From: Phoronis australis | Lineage: Eukaryota; Animalia; Phoronida | Direction of reading: 5' to 3' | DNA length: 64,000 nucleotides | Assembly (NCBI GenBank): GCA_002633005.1 | Contig: NMRA01000059.1 | Span: 299,883 to 363,882 of the forward strand | In this document: in pieces, positions 12,598 through 26,945 of the stretch | Layout of the letters: each line of letters starts with the position of its first letter | How positions within the stretch are numbered: position 1 is the first letter of the stretch | The notes under the pieces: model-generated | The model's input: only the letters and a program-made list of their open reading frames with translations | Told to the model about the DNA's origin: nothing | Database searches by the model: none | Translations under genes and position numbers: made by a program

Positions 12598-13695
12598 ACA
12601 AGAGCAACGCGGAGCGTTGAAATGCGCCCACAATTGCACCGCATACGGTATCCCTCTAGGGTTGTTTATTGGTACCATAAAGTGGCCAGTAGAGGGCATA
12701 CTTTGCAAAATGGAAAGGCATGGTCATTGTCTCCTCAATAGGATAGGGGCAAAATGTGAGTAATCTTCATAATACAAGCACATCCTATACACCAGTTGCT
12801 TAAAGCACCACAGAAACANNNNNNNNNNNNNNNNNNNNNNNNNNNNNNNNNNNNNNNNNNNNNNNNNNNNNNNNNNNNNNNNNNNNNNNNNNNNNNNNNN
12901 NNNNNNNNNNNNNNNNNNNNNNNNNNNNNNNNNNNNNNNNNNNNNNNNNNNNNNNNNNNNNNNNNNNNNNNNNNNNNNNNNNNNNNNNNNNNNNNNNNNN
13001 NNNNNNNNNNNNNNNNNNNNNNNNNNNNNNNNNNNNNNNNNNNNNNNNNNNNNNNNNNNNNNNNNNNNNNNNNNNNNNNNNNNNNNNNNNNNNNNNNNNN
13101 NNNNNNNNNNNNNNNNNNNNNNNNNNNNNNNNNNNNNNNNNNNNNNNNNNNNNNNNNNNNNNNNNNNNNNNNNNNNNNNNNNNNNNNNNNNNNNNNNNNN
13201 NNNNNNNNNNNNNNNNNNNNNNNNNNNNNNNNNNNNNNNNNNNNNNNNNNNNNNNNNNNNNNNNNNNNNNNNNNNNNNNNNNNNNNNNNNNNNNNNNNNN
13301 GAAAACACTAAAAATGGCCACTAGGTGGCGCAAACTATGTCGAATCCATCTGAAAACGGCAGGATAGCGTCATCTCACTACTAGGTGCCTACATACCAAA
13401 TTTCAAGAAAATCCGTTCAGGACTTTTGAAGATACAAAGGTAAGCGTAAAAAACTTAAATTGCCACTAGGGGGCACACCGGTAGTCGGATCCATCCAAAA
13501 GTTCGCACATGCCGTCCCATTAATGAATGGAACATATGTGCCAAATTTCATGAACGTATGTCAAAGGGTTTTGGAGATAGAGCAGCGGACGCCGGACGCC
13601 AGACGCCGGACGGACGCCGCCCGGACGGACGGACGGACGGACGGACAGAGATGACGGCATAATGCGTCCACATATAAATATGTGGGCGCATAAAA
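12598..13695 (-). mobile_element. HINE-type element, copy 2 (interrupted by assembly gap)
   Basis: acaagagcaacgcggagcgttgaaatgcgcccac at left end; (GGAC)n, hairpin and gcgcataaaaa at right end. Confidence 0.75.
12819..13300. other. Assembly gap (N run)
   Basis: Run of N. Confidence 1.
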
Positions 13696-16600
13696 AGTGG
13701 TAATGAATGAGTCGGCCATCATAGTGGCACGCTCGTATACACATACCTCTCTCATGGAGTATTCCCCAGGAGCTTGGTTCAACTATCTCATGAGAGAACC
13801 CCCAGTTGAGGCCATTGTTACAATTTGATATTTTAAAGTGTTCTACTTCAAAAGACTAAAGTGCATTTCCTCAATGTCAAGGTCGCATGCTCATAAAATT
13901 GATCTTCTACTACCCCTTACCAATATAGGTCTTGATTTAAATCGCTACTAAAGAAAACAATTCAGCATTCATTGAGGCTGCTCAAACTTGAAATATGACC
14001 TGGACATTGCTGCATCTATACCCATTGGTCCATCTACACCCATTGCCTGCCGTGGAGTGAGCTTCTTCCCTATTCGTCAACACTTCAAGATATGATGACC
14101 ATAGCAATATTTTTACGGCAAATCCAAAAGTGCTTCTGAATTTTACTGTGACAGCAAATGAGCACATATAAATAGTGTTTTTACAACAAACTCAGCAAAA
14201 ATGGGAATTTTGGAATTTTAAAACATGTAGATGAACACTAAATACCCTGGCGCAACCATCATACCTTGTAGCTTCAACTAAAAGGCCTTTTACACCATGG
14301 ACTTAGAAGGGTGAACGAACAGTTTTATTCGACCACAGGAATTTTAGACATATTACGAAAAGTGGTTTGGACCAGACTAAATTTAGGACAGTACTAAAGT
14401 TATTCTAATTACGTAAGCACAATGCAAAAGGTTTAGTCTGAACAATTATTCTTGACCGTCCTGAACTATCTCCTCTCTTTATGTGAGTACAAAGTTCTTC
14501 CTGCAACTTGGCCCACATTGTGTCATCAGCGATTCATTGCAGATATGGATGGAAAGAATGACATGAGGCAGTGGGATGCAGTCATGTGAAAAAGGTGACA
14601 ATTTGTGAGTGTAGGTTATCAAGCTGATCTAAAATATGCCCCAACAATGAAGCAGTCCTCCACACTAACTCTAATGTCTAAACAGCTTCATGAAACACAT
14701 TTACATATCTCTATTCTCCAGTTTTATGGCTCTCAATAAATACAGCCTCCAGTCAGGCTACACAGTATGACACAATATATGGTTTTATTGCATTCTCAGA
14801 TAAGAGCCATTTGATTACAGAGAGGAATAATTCAGCATTCAGTTATGTGTGTATTGATCTTGGCAAGTGAGTCATGACCTTATTTCAACAGTTACATAAC
14901 AACAAGATAGTGACATCCTCAAAGAGCATGCATAAGGCAGTTTCAGGACTTACAAAGATTTTATTTTCTCCTACCTTTTAATCAAACTTCGACTTCAGCG
15001 TGTTGAAGACACTGACAGAAAGGGGTCAAATACTTTCAAAATCACAGTTTTAAAAACTGCACAGCATCTTGGTGTTAAAACACAATTTAGATGTTAGCAC
15101 AGTAGAAAGTAGAAACAGTCAAATGTGGCAACAATTGAAAGGAGAAGGGGACTTCATTGCACAGTTAGTTCCTCTACTGAATTGTGGTCAGAGAGAAGTT
15201 AAAAAAATGTGTCTAGTACCATTATGGAGAATATGATGTTATGGTCACTGTGTGACAATATGTCCAGTCTCCCAGTTTGTTCTTCTACCCAGTAGTGGTC
15301 AGGGAGAAGTTGTTATGAAAATGTGTCCAGTCCAATCATGGAGAATATGATGAGCCTGGTCACTGTTACATACAGGGCCATGATATACTAAGCACTTGTT
15401 AATGCCACTAAAAAGGAGGGAAGGATTTTCCAAGCAGAATATTATTCACAATACGGTTCTTCTGTGCAGCGTTCAAATTATTTCCTGAGGTGTTTTAGTT
15501 GGACATAAGCCTTGTTGCAAGGATATCGTTGAAGCATCACTGAAATAAATTTGTTTCAGTTATTTTCAACATGGTGAAGGCTTGGAAAAATTCATAGGTT
15601 GCGCTTGCATATAGTAACCACCAGTATCAGAGTAGATACATCCTAACTTAACATTGTCTTTAATTTATGACACCATTAATGAAACATTCCTTGAAAACCA
15701 CACTACTAACCCAGGTAAGTGCATGACTGTAGAGATACAGACCACTAACCTACATTTCTCAGAGAGGGCCAGTTCATTTAAAGTGGCTACAAAACCCCAT
15801 TCTGTTCAAGAAACTAACTTTTGATTTAGACCAGTTACCATCATAACATTGATCTCAACTTATTTATTCCCCACTCATATGCTGAGGGATTTCAGCATTT
15901 GAAAACAATAATGACACTTTGTTATTCCTTGAGACTCCCTGCAAATAGTGACATGTCATGAGAAGACAATTTGTCGACCTTGGCTTCAACCGTGCTTTCT
16001 AAGTCCTGAAATTATCTTCCATGTCACCCAGGAACAGTTTGAGACCAATTTCAATAAATATGGCAAGTGCTAAGCAGTCCAAACCAAAAGTTGATTTTTG
16101 TGACGGAAGTTGTGTTTACAGTCGCTAAATAGCAGATCTCACAGAATTAATGAAATAATGAAAACACTTATTATTGCAAAAATGACAAGTGGATGCACAT
16201 TTAACAACAGCAGACAACAGTTCAAACACCAATGAATAAAGGTCAAGCAATAAAACTGTGTGCCTTCTTGCAAAACTAACAATGTATAACCAGTCCACAA
16301 TGGTGAAGATAGCCTCCGGCTCTCTATATTAGCCATTAAACGTGATAAAATCACAACTGTCAATTCAATCAATGCACAAAAAAAAAAACCACCAACCAGC
16401 AGGGGAGGCGACTGTTTGTTTTCCCACTTCATCAAGAGATCTGGTTTCTCTTGAGTGTTTTGATAGCATTTTTTATCTAATAATCGCATTCCCTTGTGAC
16501 CTGTGAGAGCCGAGCCAAAGCCTCAAGCTTAGAACTGCAAAGTGCTGCGACTAGGCTTAATTCACACATCACATCTAACCTCCAGAGTTCAAACAGTGAA

Positions 16601-18743
16601 GGGATTTTGACTAAGCCCATAGGAAAAAAACAATTGTATGACTTTAATTAAGGTGGCCTTGATGATCATGTTACCGTGGCATCAACTTTATTCGCAGGTT
16701 ATGAATAATGAGCCATATGAGTCCATGACTAGTGAAAACCACAGCCAGTTAACAACCAGCGACAGAGATAATATGTCAGTCTAGACCTGTCAGATGGCTC
16801 TGGGTTATCAGCTTGACTCCAGGTCACAAAAAAGGTTGGTAAAGCTGATACGGGAAACATGTCTTTTGAGGTCAATTCGACTGGAATTCATTTCGGATTA
16901 TAAATGCAAAGAAATACACAGGCAAATCGCGCCCAGATAATTTTAGGAGTAGTTTAAAAAACACCATGTAAAATATGACACGGCAGATAAAAGCTAACGT
17001 TCTGCAGAGGGTGCATGTTTGTGAAGGACATCTCACTCAGTTATCTTATATTCATGCTTCATTTACTGTGCAGTCAGCTGAGATGAGTATTATCACACAA
17101 CTCAGTGTGCTCTTCCTGGATTCAATACACAACTTCTCAACCATTGCAGGATTCAAGCTTTAGTGAGTTTATCTAGAGCTTATTATAATTCAATGTTAAC
17201 AAGAGGTTACACAAAGAACCTTGCACCACTTGTTCAAAGGTAGACTACAATGTACAAAATAACGAGTAACCCATGCTTGCATAGCAGTGGCATCAAATTT
17301 ATCCAATGTTTATTGTATTTTTAAAAATAAAAAATTTATCGACGACTTTCAGTTTCTTGCAACACTAGGAAAGCACTGACAACCATTTCCATTACTTTAA
17401 GTAAAGTTACGCAATTAAAATGTTCAGTCTACAAAAAAGTAGTGGTTGATGACTCATTGACGCCTAGGTATAAATTTGAACACAGCAGAGGCGCCCTCTA
17501 GCCACAAGAAGAAGCAATGTGCAGACAGAAAGATGGCAGACCTTGCTACAAATGGTGGTCTCTTCTTGACACTCGTGTCAACAAGAAATGTTTTTGAAGA
17601 AAGGCACAATGTTCTATTTTCACTGCTGTTATGAAACATACCAATGGGCTCATGAACTAAAATAGCACCAACAGGTGAAGATCGTCTTTGAAAATACAGA
17701 AATGTTGGTAAATAGTTTGAATGGAGTATTTGAATACATCCACTCAGTAGTGAACAGTACATGCATCATCGGTCACTTTAGTGGTCATTGTTTGTAATTA
17801 CTAGAGGTAAAGGTTTGGTTTAAACAAAATTTAGCCCACATTATGTTCCTGTCACTGTAAATACAGAAAGGTTATGCAGAGGGCACAAAACACGAACTAT
17901 TCACAGCTCAGTCCAAAACAACTAGAAAAGGTTGTATTGAGAGTATAAATCCATCAAAAATATTTCAAATAAGCCACATTTTTGCTCGCAAAGTTATGCA
18001 AAACGTTGTTCCGAAAGTGATTACGCAGTCGCATTCCCACAAGCATCAGATCAGCCAATAAATCGCTCCTCAACAAGCCAAAATCACGTTGGTCAAAACA
18101 ATCTAGTCAGGGCGCCACACTGGAATTTGAAACTGCGGGTCAGTATAACTGGAGAACGTTTGCTCTATGCTGACTTCTCTATATAGATGTTAACACAACA
18201 TTAACGGTTATTAATTTGTATTTTGTTCACAATCAATTTACGTGCCAGTGGTAAACAATTTCTGTTCAAAATACAACAGCACGATTTGTATGTTCACAAA
18301 TTTGTTGGCCTGTTCTCTTATCTGAGACTTTCCTTGTCTATTCACTCATAGCTAGGCCTACATACTACTTTGCACTGGACGAATGACAAAGGTCAAGGCT
18401 GAATGGAACAACATTGGTAATGCATAAGTGATTTTTGATTGTTCTGCGAACGCTCTTACTCTTCCTGCTTTCACAAAGTGTCCGCCATATTAAGTGACAC
18501 AAAGTTGAACATGCTCGACTTCACTGCAACATGTCTGCCGACACCTGCACCACGTTGCAAAACATGCTGCAGAGTCGTTCACATGTGCACTTTGGATGTC
18601 GGCTGACGTTTTGCATAATTTTTGGCCGACAATGTCGCTCGCCTGAAACAGGCTTTAGTAATGTTTGAGCTCACTCAACAGTACACCAAGAACCTGTCAC
18701 ACAAGACATTCCTGGGGAAGACACGCCTGGAAATATTACTTAC

Positions 18744-19739
18744 CTTGTTCATCCTGAAGTCTCTTGATATGAGTGAACGCTTCCTCAGCAGCGGCCATAA
18801 GTCGGGCTCGTCTCTTCCTGACGCGCCGCTCGTATTCTTGCTCCTCATAGAATCGCTCATTATGACTGACATCTCGCCGCCTCGCAGCTGCCGCAAATAT
18901 ACCACGGGCCTTGCTGTGTGGCGTCTGGGTAGAAACACCATCGACATCATAAACTTTGAATGAGTTCATTTTTGCAGACTTACGACTCCCAATATTTTCT
19001 AAGTAAGGGTTATAGGCACTGAAATCTCGGTAATAGTGCTTGAGACACTCCACTGCAGCTCGCTGTATACTTAACATGCCCATGTTGTATGAACGTGTTT
19101 CACCATCAGGAGAACGCACTATCTTTACTGTAAACTGACACTGGAGCTGGCGAATCTCCAGCAAGATGACTGCAATATAATGGATGAAAAGCAACGCATC
19201 AACAAGTGACACAGCAAACTGGACAATGGTCTTGTATTGTGTCTCCTTCTTGAAGAAGATGCGCACTCCATAGAACAGCCAGAAGGAGAACGTTAGGACG
19301 AAGACGAGGAAGAGAATGAGTGCACGGAAAATGAAAACACGTGGCATTGTGGCCTCCAGGCGCCGGAAGAACAGCGCCCACGTCCCGATGAGAAGAATCA
19401 ACAGTTTGAAGGCAAAACTGATGAGAAGTCCCTCACAGCTGGCTTCACACTCCCCTGTCTTCCAGTCTGCAAGACCGACTTTAGGTAATACTACCATGGC
19501 AATGGGTGACAGGAAGGCGAGGGCAGCCAAGATGGCCGACACCACAGTGCCGACATAACGTGTACAGTCAAAGCCCATCGACTCTTCCATGTCTTTTGTG
19601 AATCGGCTCATGTCCACATCATTGACAGTAAAGTCAGTAACACTAGTGTTGCCTGTGATAGCTGACTCAGCGCCCCAGTTGTCATCCTGCGGCAGGATCT
19701 GTACCTCAATACGTTCATCCTCACCCATTGTGTCATCAC
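18744..19739 (-). CDS. VANGL: Vangl coding exon 2 (four TM helices and cytoplasmic region)
   Basis: IEVQILPQDDNWG...CEGLLISFAFKLLILLIGTWALFFR...LSIQRAAV...HNERFYEEQEYERRVRKRRARL; tttcacag acceptor, G|gtaagt donor, phase 1/1. Confidence 0.98.
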
Positions 19740-19874
19740 CTGTGAAAGAAACACATCAAGTTTCATATGTATTGTACAATAATATCGGTCATAATTAGAG
19801 TTGGACCCTTATGTTTGACATTTGGAATCCGTCACATTTAGAGTTACTCATATGTTTGATTCATGATATCTTGG

Positions 19875-20051
19875 GCTCATATGTTCAGTGTTCTTCAGTG
19901 GTAGACTCATATGTTCAACGTTCTTTAGAAGTAGACTCATATGTTCAACATTCTTTAGAGGTAGACTCGTATGTTCAACGTTCTTTAGAAGTAGACTCAT
20001 ATGTTCAACATTCTGTAGAGGTAGACTCATATGTTCAATATTCTTTAGAGG
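19875..20051. repeat. 30-bp minisatellite, ~6 copies
   Basis: Unit gtagactcatatgttcaacattctttagag; explains spurious ORFs here. Confidence 0.93.
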
Positions 20052-20628
20052 TTTAAAACTCACATGTTTGATATACATTATCAGCCATATTTAGAGCTGC
20101 AGTCTTATGGTTGACAAAAAGTATCAGCCATATTCATACATAACCACAGTATCATCCAATCAAATAGACGTGAACTCAATATATTAATAGAGGCTACGAG
20201 CCATAATTAAAGTTGGGAAAAAGTGAAATAGCATCTCGGTGAAACATTAAGGTTATGTATGACCTTATCAACCTGAGCCAAATACCAAAAATCGATAGAA
20301 TTTAACTCAGGAAATGTACATAATTTATGAAAGCAAAAAGCGTGTAAAATTTTATTTTTGATTTTATTCCAGTCATGCTGGCCTGACAAAAAATTGGAAC
20401 AATTTAAAACACTTCCTAAGAACTGTGTAAAGCATAGTGTCTGAAAGTATCAAATGAATAAAGGCAACCATTTCTGAGACATGATGTGCTGAAGTTTGCT
20501 AAATTAAGTCATCTTTCTATTTTCCATTCCAAACTTTTCACTATGTTCCAAATTGGACCTTAAATTACAATTTCTTGAACTGACAATTTTTCAATCAAAT
20601 CTAACAAGAACCAAAAAGCGACACCTAC

Positions 20629-20776
20629 CTGGAGACTTGATAGTTACAGACCGATCATCACGGTCATGGTCACGTCCTCGACTGCGTCGGCCATGATGGC
20701 GCCGGTGTCCATGACTGCGGTGCGACCGCTCGGACCTCTCACTGCGCCCAGACAAGACAGACTCCGCACCGTCCAT
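20629..20776 (-). CDS. VANGL: Vangl first coding exon (exon spans 20629-20798)
   Basis: MDGAESVLSGRSERSERSHRS...DRSVTIKSP; ttttcag acceptor at 20799, G|gtaggt donor; joined CDS 148+996+428=1572 nt, 523 aa. Confidence 0.93.
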
Positions 20777-21061
20777 CTTGTCAACTGTGCCACATTACCT
20801 GAAAATTAAACGCTTTGTAATATAGTGTGCCACAAATGACAACTTAATACAGAAAACCTTAGGTGGTCGATGCACTACTACTTAATGTTGATGAGAGGAT
20901 GGTGTATTTGAGTGAACATATAGGACACTAGCAAATATCAGAAATGCCATCACTGAAGTGACTGGTCAGAAAGGGTGCCATGTTGAATTTTAAAAGAAAA
21001 TTATTCATTCACAAAATTATGTTCCAAGCTGCTTTAGCACCTTCACAGGGCTTCAAATTGA

Positions 21062-21250
21062 TGAATTCTAACACTCTCCAAGAAATTGTTGAATTCTAAC
21101 ACTCTCCAAGAAATTGTTGAATTCTAACACTCTCCAAGAACTTGTTGAATTCTAACACTCTCCAAGAAATTGTTGAATTCTAACACTCTCCAAGAAATTG
21201 TAGAATTCTAACACTCTCCGAGAAATTGTTGAATTCTAACACTCTCCAAC
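21062..21250. repeat. 28-bp minisatellite, ~7 copies
   Basis: Unit tgaattctaacactctccaagaaattgt. Confidence 0.95.
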
Positions 21251-23359
21251 AAATTTTCTAAGGCATAAACTGGTGTGCACTCTGTATGGAAATCTTACAA
21301 GTTAGCAGCTCGATCTTGCATTTTATTGGACAGCAAGATGTTGAATTATGGGGGAAAGTTTACTATTTCCGCAATATTTCCCATTGCAAGTGCTTCCCAA
21401 CTGACTAACGTTACAAAAGACATCACAAACCCTCTACCTTGCAGGTGGTCAGCCAAAAGCTCTCAACACTAATAGTGGGTCCATTGAACTGAAAGCTTTC
21501 TTAAAATCAACACAAAACAATGCCTGAAATACCAAACATTTGCAACCACACTGAAAGGCCCATGTAGACCAGTACAGACATGTTAATACATAGTTACCTT
21601 CTTGTTAACCTCCAGTTCCCACACAAGTCATTGTGACCAAGAACAACTGGATAGGAGTGTATGAAGGGTAAATAACCAGCTCAATGCAATCAGTGAGAGT
21701 GGTCTATAATGGCATATTGTTTGACATAGAATGGTTTGGACAAACAGCTCAACAATGATTTGTGAAAAGTTAAGATGCCATAGTGTAATGATACCCCCCA
21801 CCCCCCTCTCAGTAGTAACACTTATCACCAGGTATGAGGCCTTTCATTCATCTAATTTTGCTGCATTATCACGGATAGTATGAAATAGGGTGTCTAAGCA
21901 TAAAAGAAATGTCTGTGACTGCACTGTAAAACTGGGATGCAGACAACCATTGTACAAGTTGCCTTGTGGATAAAATGAAGAGGCGCCACTTGAAACTAAC
22001 GTAACACTTTGGGCCACCTTACTGAAGCACAGTAGTGTTACGTGTGATCATGGTGGCCCTCAGCATCTGGCCATGTGGAAAGAGGTGATGCCAAGCAAGA
22101 CTGTCTCCCCCTGCAATACTTCAACCTTGATACACATGACAAGCTTGTCTGGTGAACTTGATTACAGCTGTGATTGCCTGTCAGGTTATTTCCTCTGTGG
22201 ACCTATCAAGTTGAACCACTTCCAAGCACAAAACCTTTCATGCCCCCTACATAACGTAGTCGACAGAAGGAGAAAAATAGAGTTGCCAGATCTCAGTCAG
22301 CATATTCAACCAACAGAGCACGACATCTCAACTCTCATAGGTTGTTATTCTGAAGTTAAATTGAAATGGACAGTCTAAGTGCTGTCCACACTATGAGTTA
22401 TTCTACAACAAGTTACTCCTGGATGATATTTGTGCTGGTCCAACTTGACACATAAGTGACAACTTAACATTCATCATACCAGGGCTCTATTATGAAACAT
22501 GCCAGTTGCTAATGTGACATTAGATTTTGTTTGGAAACACATGCAATTTCCACACCCCAATAGTTCTAGGATAACCAACAGTGTGGACATTGACAGGAGA
22601 GAACAGAACTCACAAAAAATTATAGCACACTCAAGAACTAAGAAGCCACTGGTAATGTGGTCTTGTCTTGCAATGATATTCCTGGAGTGCACCTTTGCAC
22701 CAGTGCGCCTAATGGCATATCTTTCACAAAAAGACAAGATTCTAGTCATGTTACAGCCAGTCAGATAAAACATGACTGTTCTTATTTCGACTGCCCTTGG
22801 GGTTTCTGTGTCATATATTACCACTTTAATTACAATAAGTCGGTTGGGCACAGATTTTTAAAAAAGGCACACTTTTTATCATCAGCTGCGCCCGAAGGCT
22901 ACAGGTTCAAACCCGGTCAAAATATCCCTGGTCTTGTCGAAAATGCACAGACCTGAGGCAAAACTGGGATAGGAGACAAATGGAATACAGTCAATACAGA
23001 GGTGTCACATTAACACCCAGACTGACACATTTAAAAGTTAGTTATAACAGAAGCAGACAGATGGAGACACTAGAATAACATAAGACATAACCTTTTAGAA
23101 TAACATTTACCTAGCCTGAACATTTACCTAGACTGAACATGTCCAACAAAGCACATGGTGCCCTAGGCTGGCTCAAGTTCAATGCAGTAGCAGTGAGGTA
23201 TTTGAAGACAGGTGCAGGTGATGCAGAACTCAGTCCAACACCTGGACTGGGAATGGGGGAGATAGGGGTATAAGGTGAGGGAGATATTTACCTTAACATA
23301 ACAGATGAGCCAAACCTATATCATATTGTAAACTCAACTCAAGTCACACTGGAGCATGG

Positions 23360-24115
23360 GAGTTGAATATCAAACTGAGAGAAACAGAGTCCGGTGATAA
23401 CAGCCTAGATCAGTACTTGAATATCAGACATAGTCCAATGACACCAGCCTAGAGTAGAGTCCAGTTTAGATATCAACTTTTGGCCAGGCGTATTTGACAT
23501 GGAGCAAACTGATCGGTGTCAAGCGTCCGTTTACACACACAACTCACTAACTGTGGCAAGACGGATATTGTAGGCTGGAGAGTGGATCGCACATGCGCAG
23601 GTTTCCAAATGACGGGAGTTGATGAGACAGAGAACCTGTATTTAGGTAATTACACAAGTGCAGTAGAGATGATCCTTTCCGCGCTTAGACACATAATTGA
23701 CACGTAGGAAGTTGTTCTAGAGCAACTTGCTCTACCTCACAAATGGGTGGCAAAAGTTGTCGCCGTGGTGTCAATTTGCTCCGTGTCAGTGCTGTTTACA
23801 CACTGGAACAACTCATTCCGTGTCAGCTGATTCGCGTCAACTTCAGTAGTATTAACGGCACTTTGTACTTGAATATCGGACTGAGTCAAACAGAGTCCTG
23901 TGATAACAGCTTAGAGTAGTACTTGAATATCAGACAGTCGAACAGAGTTCAGTGATAACAGCCAAGATAGAATAACAGACTGAGTCAAACAGAGTCCTGT
24001 GATAACAGCCTAGATTAGTACTTGAATATCAGACTAAATCAGAGTCCAGTGAGAACAGCCTACAGTACCGTCCTACTTGAATATCAGACTGAGTAAAACA
24101 AAGTCCAGTGATAGG
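23360..24115. repeat. Degenerate ~50-bp tandem array interrupted by a ~390-bp MITE-like insert (~23480-23865)
   Basis: gtacttgaatatcagactgagtcaaacagagtcc...gataacagcctaga units on both sides; insert has internal inverted ttgacatggagcaaactga / tcaatttgctccgtgtca. Confidence 0.6.
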
Positions 24116-26162
24116 TACAAAGAATTACAGTTGAAAACATACCAGTTGACCTACTTGCTTCTTTACCAATTGGCAGCTGTTAGGAGATGTAATAATAGGC
24201 AAACACAGGTCAGAACAAATGATGTGTTAAATGGACAAGTACCAACCAGCACCACTTGAAGTCTAACAAAAGCCAAGGAATATTTCAAAAACACAAACAA
24301 TGATTATGGTTGGACAATTTACAGTGTATGGCTACATCCAAGACATATGTCAAATAGCAAAAAGAAACCAGAATGTGTCTGTTTTTGAGACTTCAATTTT
24401 ACATTAGTGAGGCATCAGAGAAATAATTTGTAACAAATAGTGTTTTATCTCAAAAGTAAATTAAATAGGAAACATGATACTAAATACAAACAAAACTTGT
24501 CACACAATAGGACATTAACCTACATTGTGCTCAGTTATGGCCCAGGCAATGGCTTATCATACAACAGTAGCAAGACAAGCTGTTGATGAAAGTTTGGAGC
24601 TAATGAGCAAAAGGTCAAAGAGTCAGATGAAATAAATGATCACAGATTGTGGAGGGGAGTCAGTTGGCTGGCAGATGTAGGGAAGACAGAAGACCACAGT
24701 TCAAGGCATTAGCATACACAGTGAGGAACACTGAATTCATTCATCAACATTCAAATTCTGTTCAGACTTTTCCATACTAAACCACCAACACATCTGTCAA
24801 TCAACATATCTGTCACTCAACAGGCACTTTCTCAGGTTGGTTTTCATGTTGAAACATGCAACTTTTGACAATGAAATATGGTTTTAACACCAGCTGGCAA
24901 AAATAACAAAACACACATTTTAAGAGCAATATAAGGTACAAGAAATGATTTGTTGACATGACTTTTCCTGACCTTTCAGTGCAGATATATTGACATTAAC
25001 ACAATCAATGAATACAAACACAATACAGAGTTGATTAAATATTGAAAACACTAAAGAAATCCATAAACCAACAAGAGAGAGGCTAACAACCACTGGGTGA
25101 CATTGATATGTGATGAACACTAAACTCAGCTGCAGAGCTCGATTTGGGGATGTGCAGCTTGCCAATGTAAGCTCAGATTGTATTTAGCGACCTGAGAAAA
25201 ACCCCAAGTCGCCACAACGAGTATCAAAGTCAGACAATAATTTTCCCGAAATTTGTTTCAAAGTTTGTGTTGACTCACAAACTTTAGCTTACTAACAGTT
25301 TTCCAAGATATTTTGGTTCATAATTGTTTCATGAAACCAGTATATTTGCCACTTTAGACAGTGCCACACTGCCACAGTCTACTTAACAGTAAAGACGGTG
25401 GTAACCCCACATCGGGTTTTCCAGAAGCTTTTCGACAAATTATACCTCACACTGATTAAACTATTTAAGTCATTAAAGTCATATTAAAGTACCTTATGTG
25501 CTTAGAGAGACACCTCAGGAGGTCATCGATGTCTTTAATTCCTTCCAACTAAAACAAATACTCCCGACCCATGACCAAACTTTTCTGAATAGCCCTTCAT
25601 TCAGATGTCCAAATCGGCAAAATTCTGAGTACGGACTTTTTTCTTTTTTTGTTTGGCAACCTGGGATTTTCGCCAAGTCGTCAAATGACTCAAGCTAGGT
25701 GTTGAGCACTGAGCTGAATATCAGGCACCACTGTGGCTCAAAATCATATGTACATGTCAACAGTATCTAGGTAGATTTCAGCACTATAGCTCACCTCCAC
25801 TGCAATATGACTACACACTTACAGTTGAAAATGTACACATCAAGTTAAAACAGAGTGATGCGACATAGAGCTGGATACAAGCCTAAACTGACAGCACATT
25901 TTCACATGATTTGCACAACTAGACACACATGAAAGAAATTGTCAGGCACTGCTTACAAGCTATGCAACATAACCAACTCGTGGTAAAAACAGCAGTTGGA
26001 AAGATGGAACTTGACAAATCTAGAGTGTCAGTGGAATTTTTCATTAGTTTTGCACACCGCAATAATAAAATCACTTATACCACAATATTAGCGTCAAATG
26101 GCAGATAAAACCGTGTAATAACCCATAAAGTTATCTCACTAGTGTGATAACGATTTGGCGGG

Positions 26163-26234
26163 AAACCGAGGACGGAGTCGAACCCGGGACCCAAGAGTTT
26201 GCAGGTCGCCGACTTAACCACTACACCACGCAGC
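26163..26234 (-). pseudogene. tRNA-like sequence (pseudo-tRNA or SINE head), possible GCA/Cys-derived
   Basis: Reverse strand GCTGCGTGGTGTAGTGGTTAAG...CTGCAAA...CCGGGTTCGACTCCG: A-box and B-box present, acceptor and anticodon stems pair poorly. Confidence 0.6.
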
Positions 26235-26781
26235 GACTGACGTCATCAAGAGTGAAAATAGAATACTTAAATGAGCACGCGCAATAATCGCACGTTCAAC
26301 AAACCGCATTGTACTGTACTTATACGCTACGAAAAATAAGACACATAATTTCCATAAAAATGATATCTTAATTCAGTGAAATTTTTCTCTCATGTCCTCT
26401 TACTTGTAAATCACCGATCTCCAGTTTGAATGCGGGTATCGTGTCGTCAGGATCTTTGACTTGAGAATTATATTCAGTTACCAGTGGTAACCTACTTTAG
26501 CAGACGATAATTTCCCGGTCGAAGCTTAGCGTGTAAAAAACGTGTTTTAAGCTATAATAGTTGCTTAACCTTAATTTAGAGATTCACTTCATTTCTATTT
26601 TGTTTTAATTTCCAATTGGTTTTGAGTATAAGCATTATTTGACAAAAATAGCTCGGCTTTTCTTAAAAGGTCACGACCTCCGACCCCGGGCCTCTGACAT
26701 AGAAAGTAGTCACAAAGCCGAGGCGAGTCGAGAAAGGTAGATCGATTCATTGCAATGTTTCTCGTTTAGTATGTGGTATAA

Positions 26782-26945
26782 ATAGATTATTACATGTTCT
26801 CAGTCGTTATCCCCCTTATCTAGAGCCCTCGTGGATTTTGTAGAATTATCACCCTCAGGGCTGACGCCCCTCGGGCGATAATTCTCCAAAATTCACTCGG
26901 GCTCTAGATAACGGGGGATAACGACTTCGCCATGTAATAATCTAT
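26782..26945. repeat. ~164-bp imperfect palindrome (foldback)
   Basis: atagattattacatg/catgtaataatctat, gtcgttatcccc/ggggataacgac, ttatctagagccc/gggctctagataa, gaattatc/gataattc nested arms. Confidence 0.9.

Noticed and set aside
12724-13333. Long ORFs in the ORF track
   Set aside because: Artefacts of the N gap
18622-19798. Antisense and alternate-frame ORFs over Vangl exon 2
   Set aside because: Shadows of the real coding exon
26163-26234. Functional tRNA-Cys gene
   Set aside because: Acceptor and anticodon stems do not pair properly; kept only as tRNA-like
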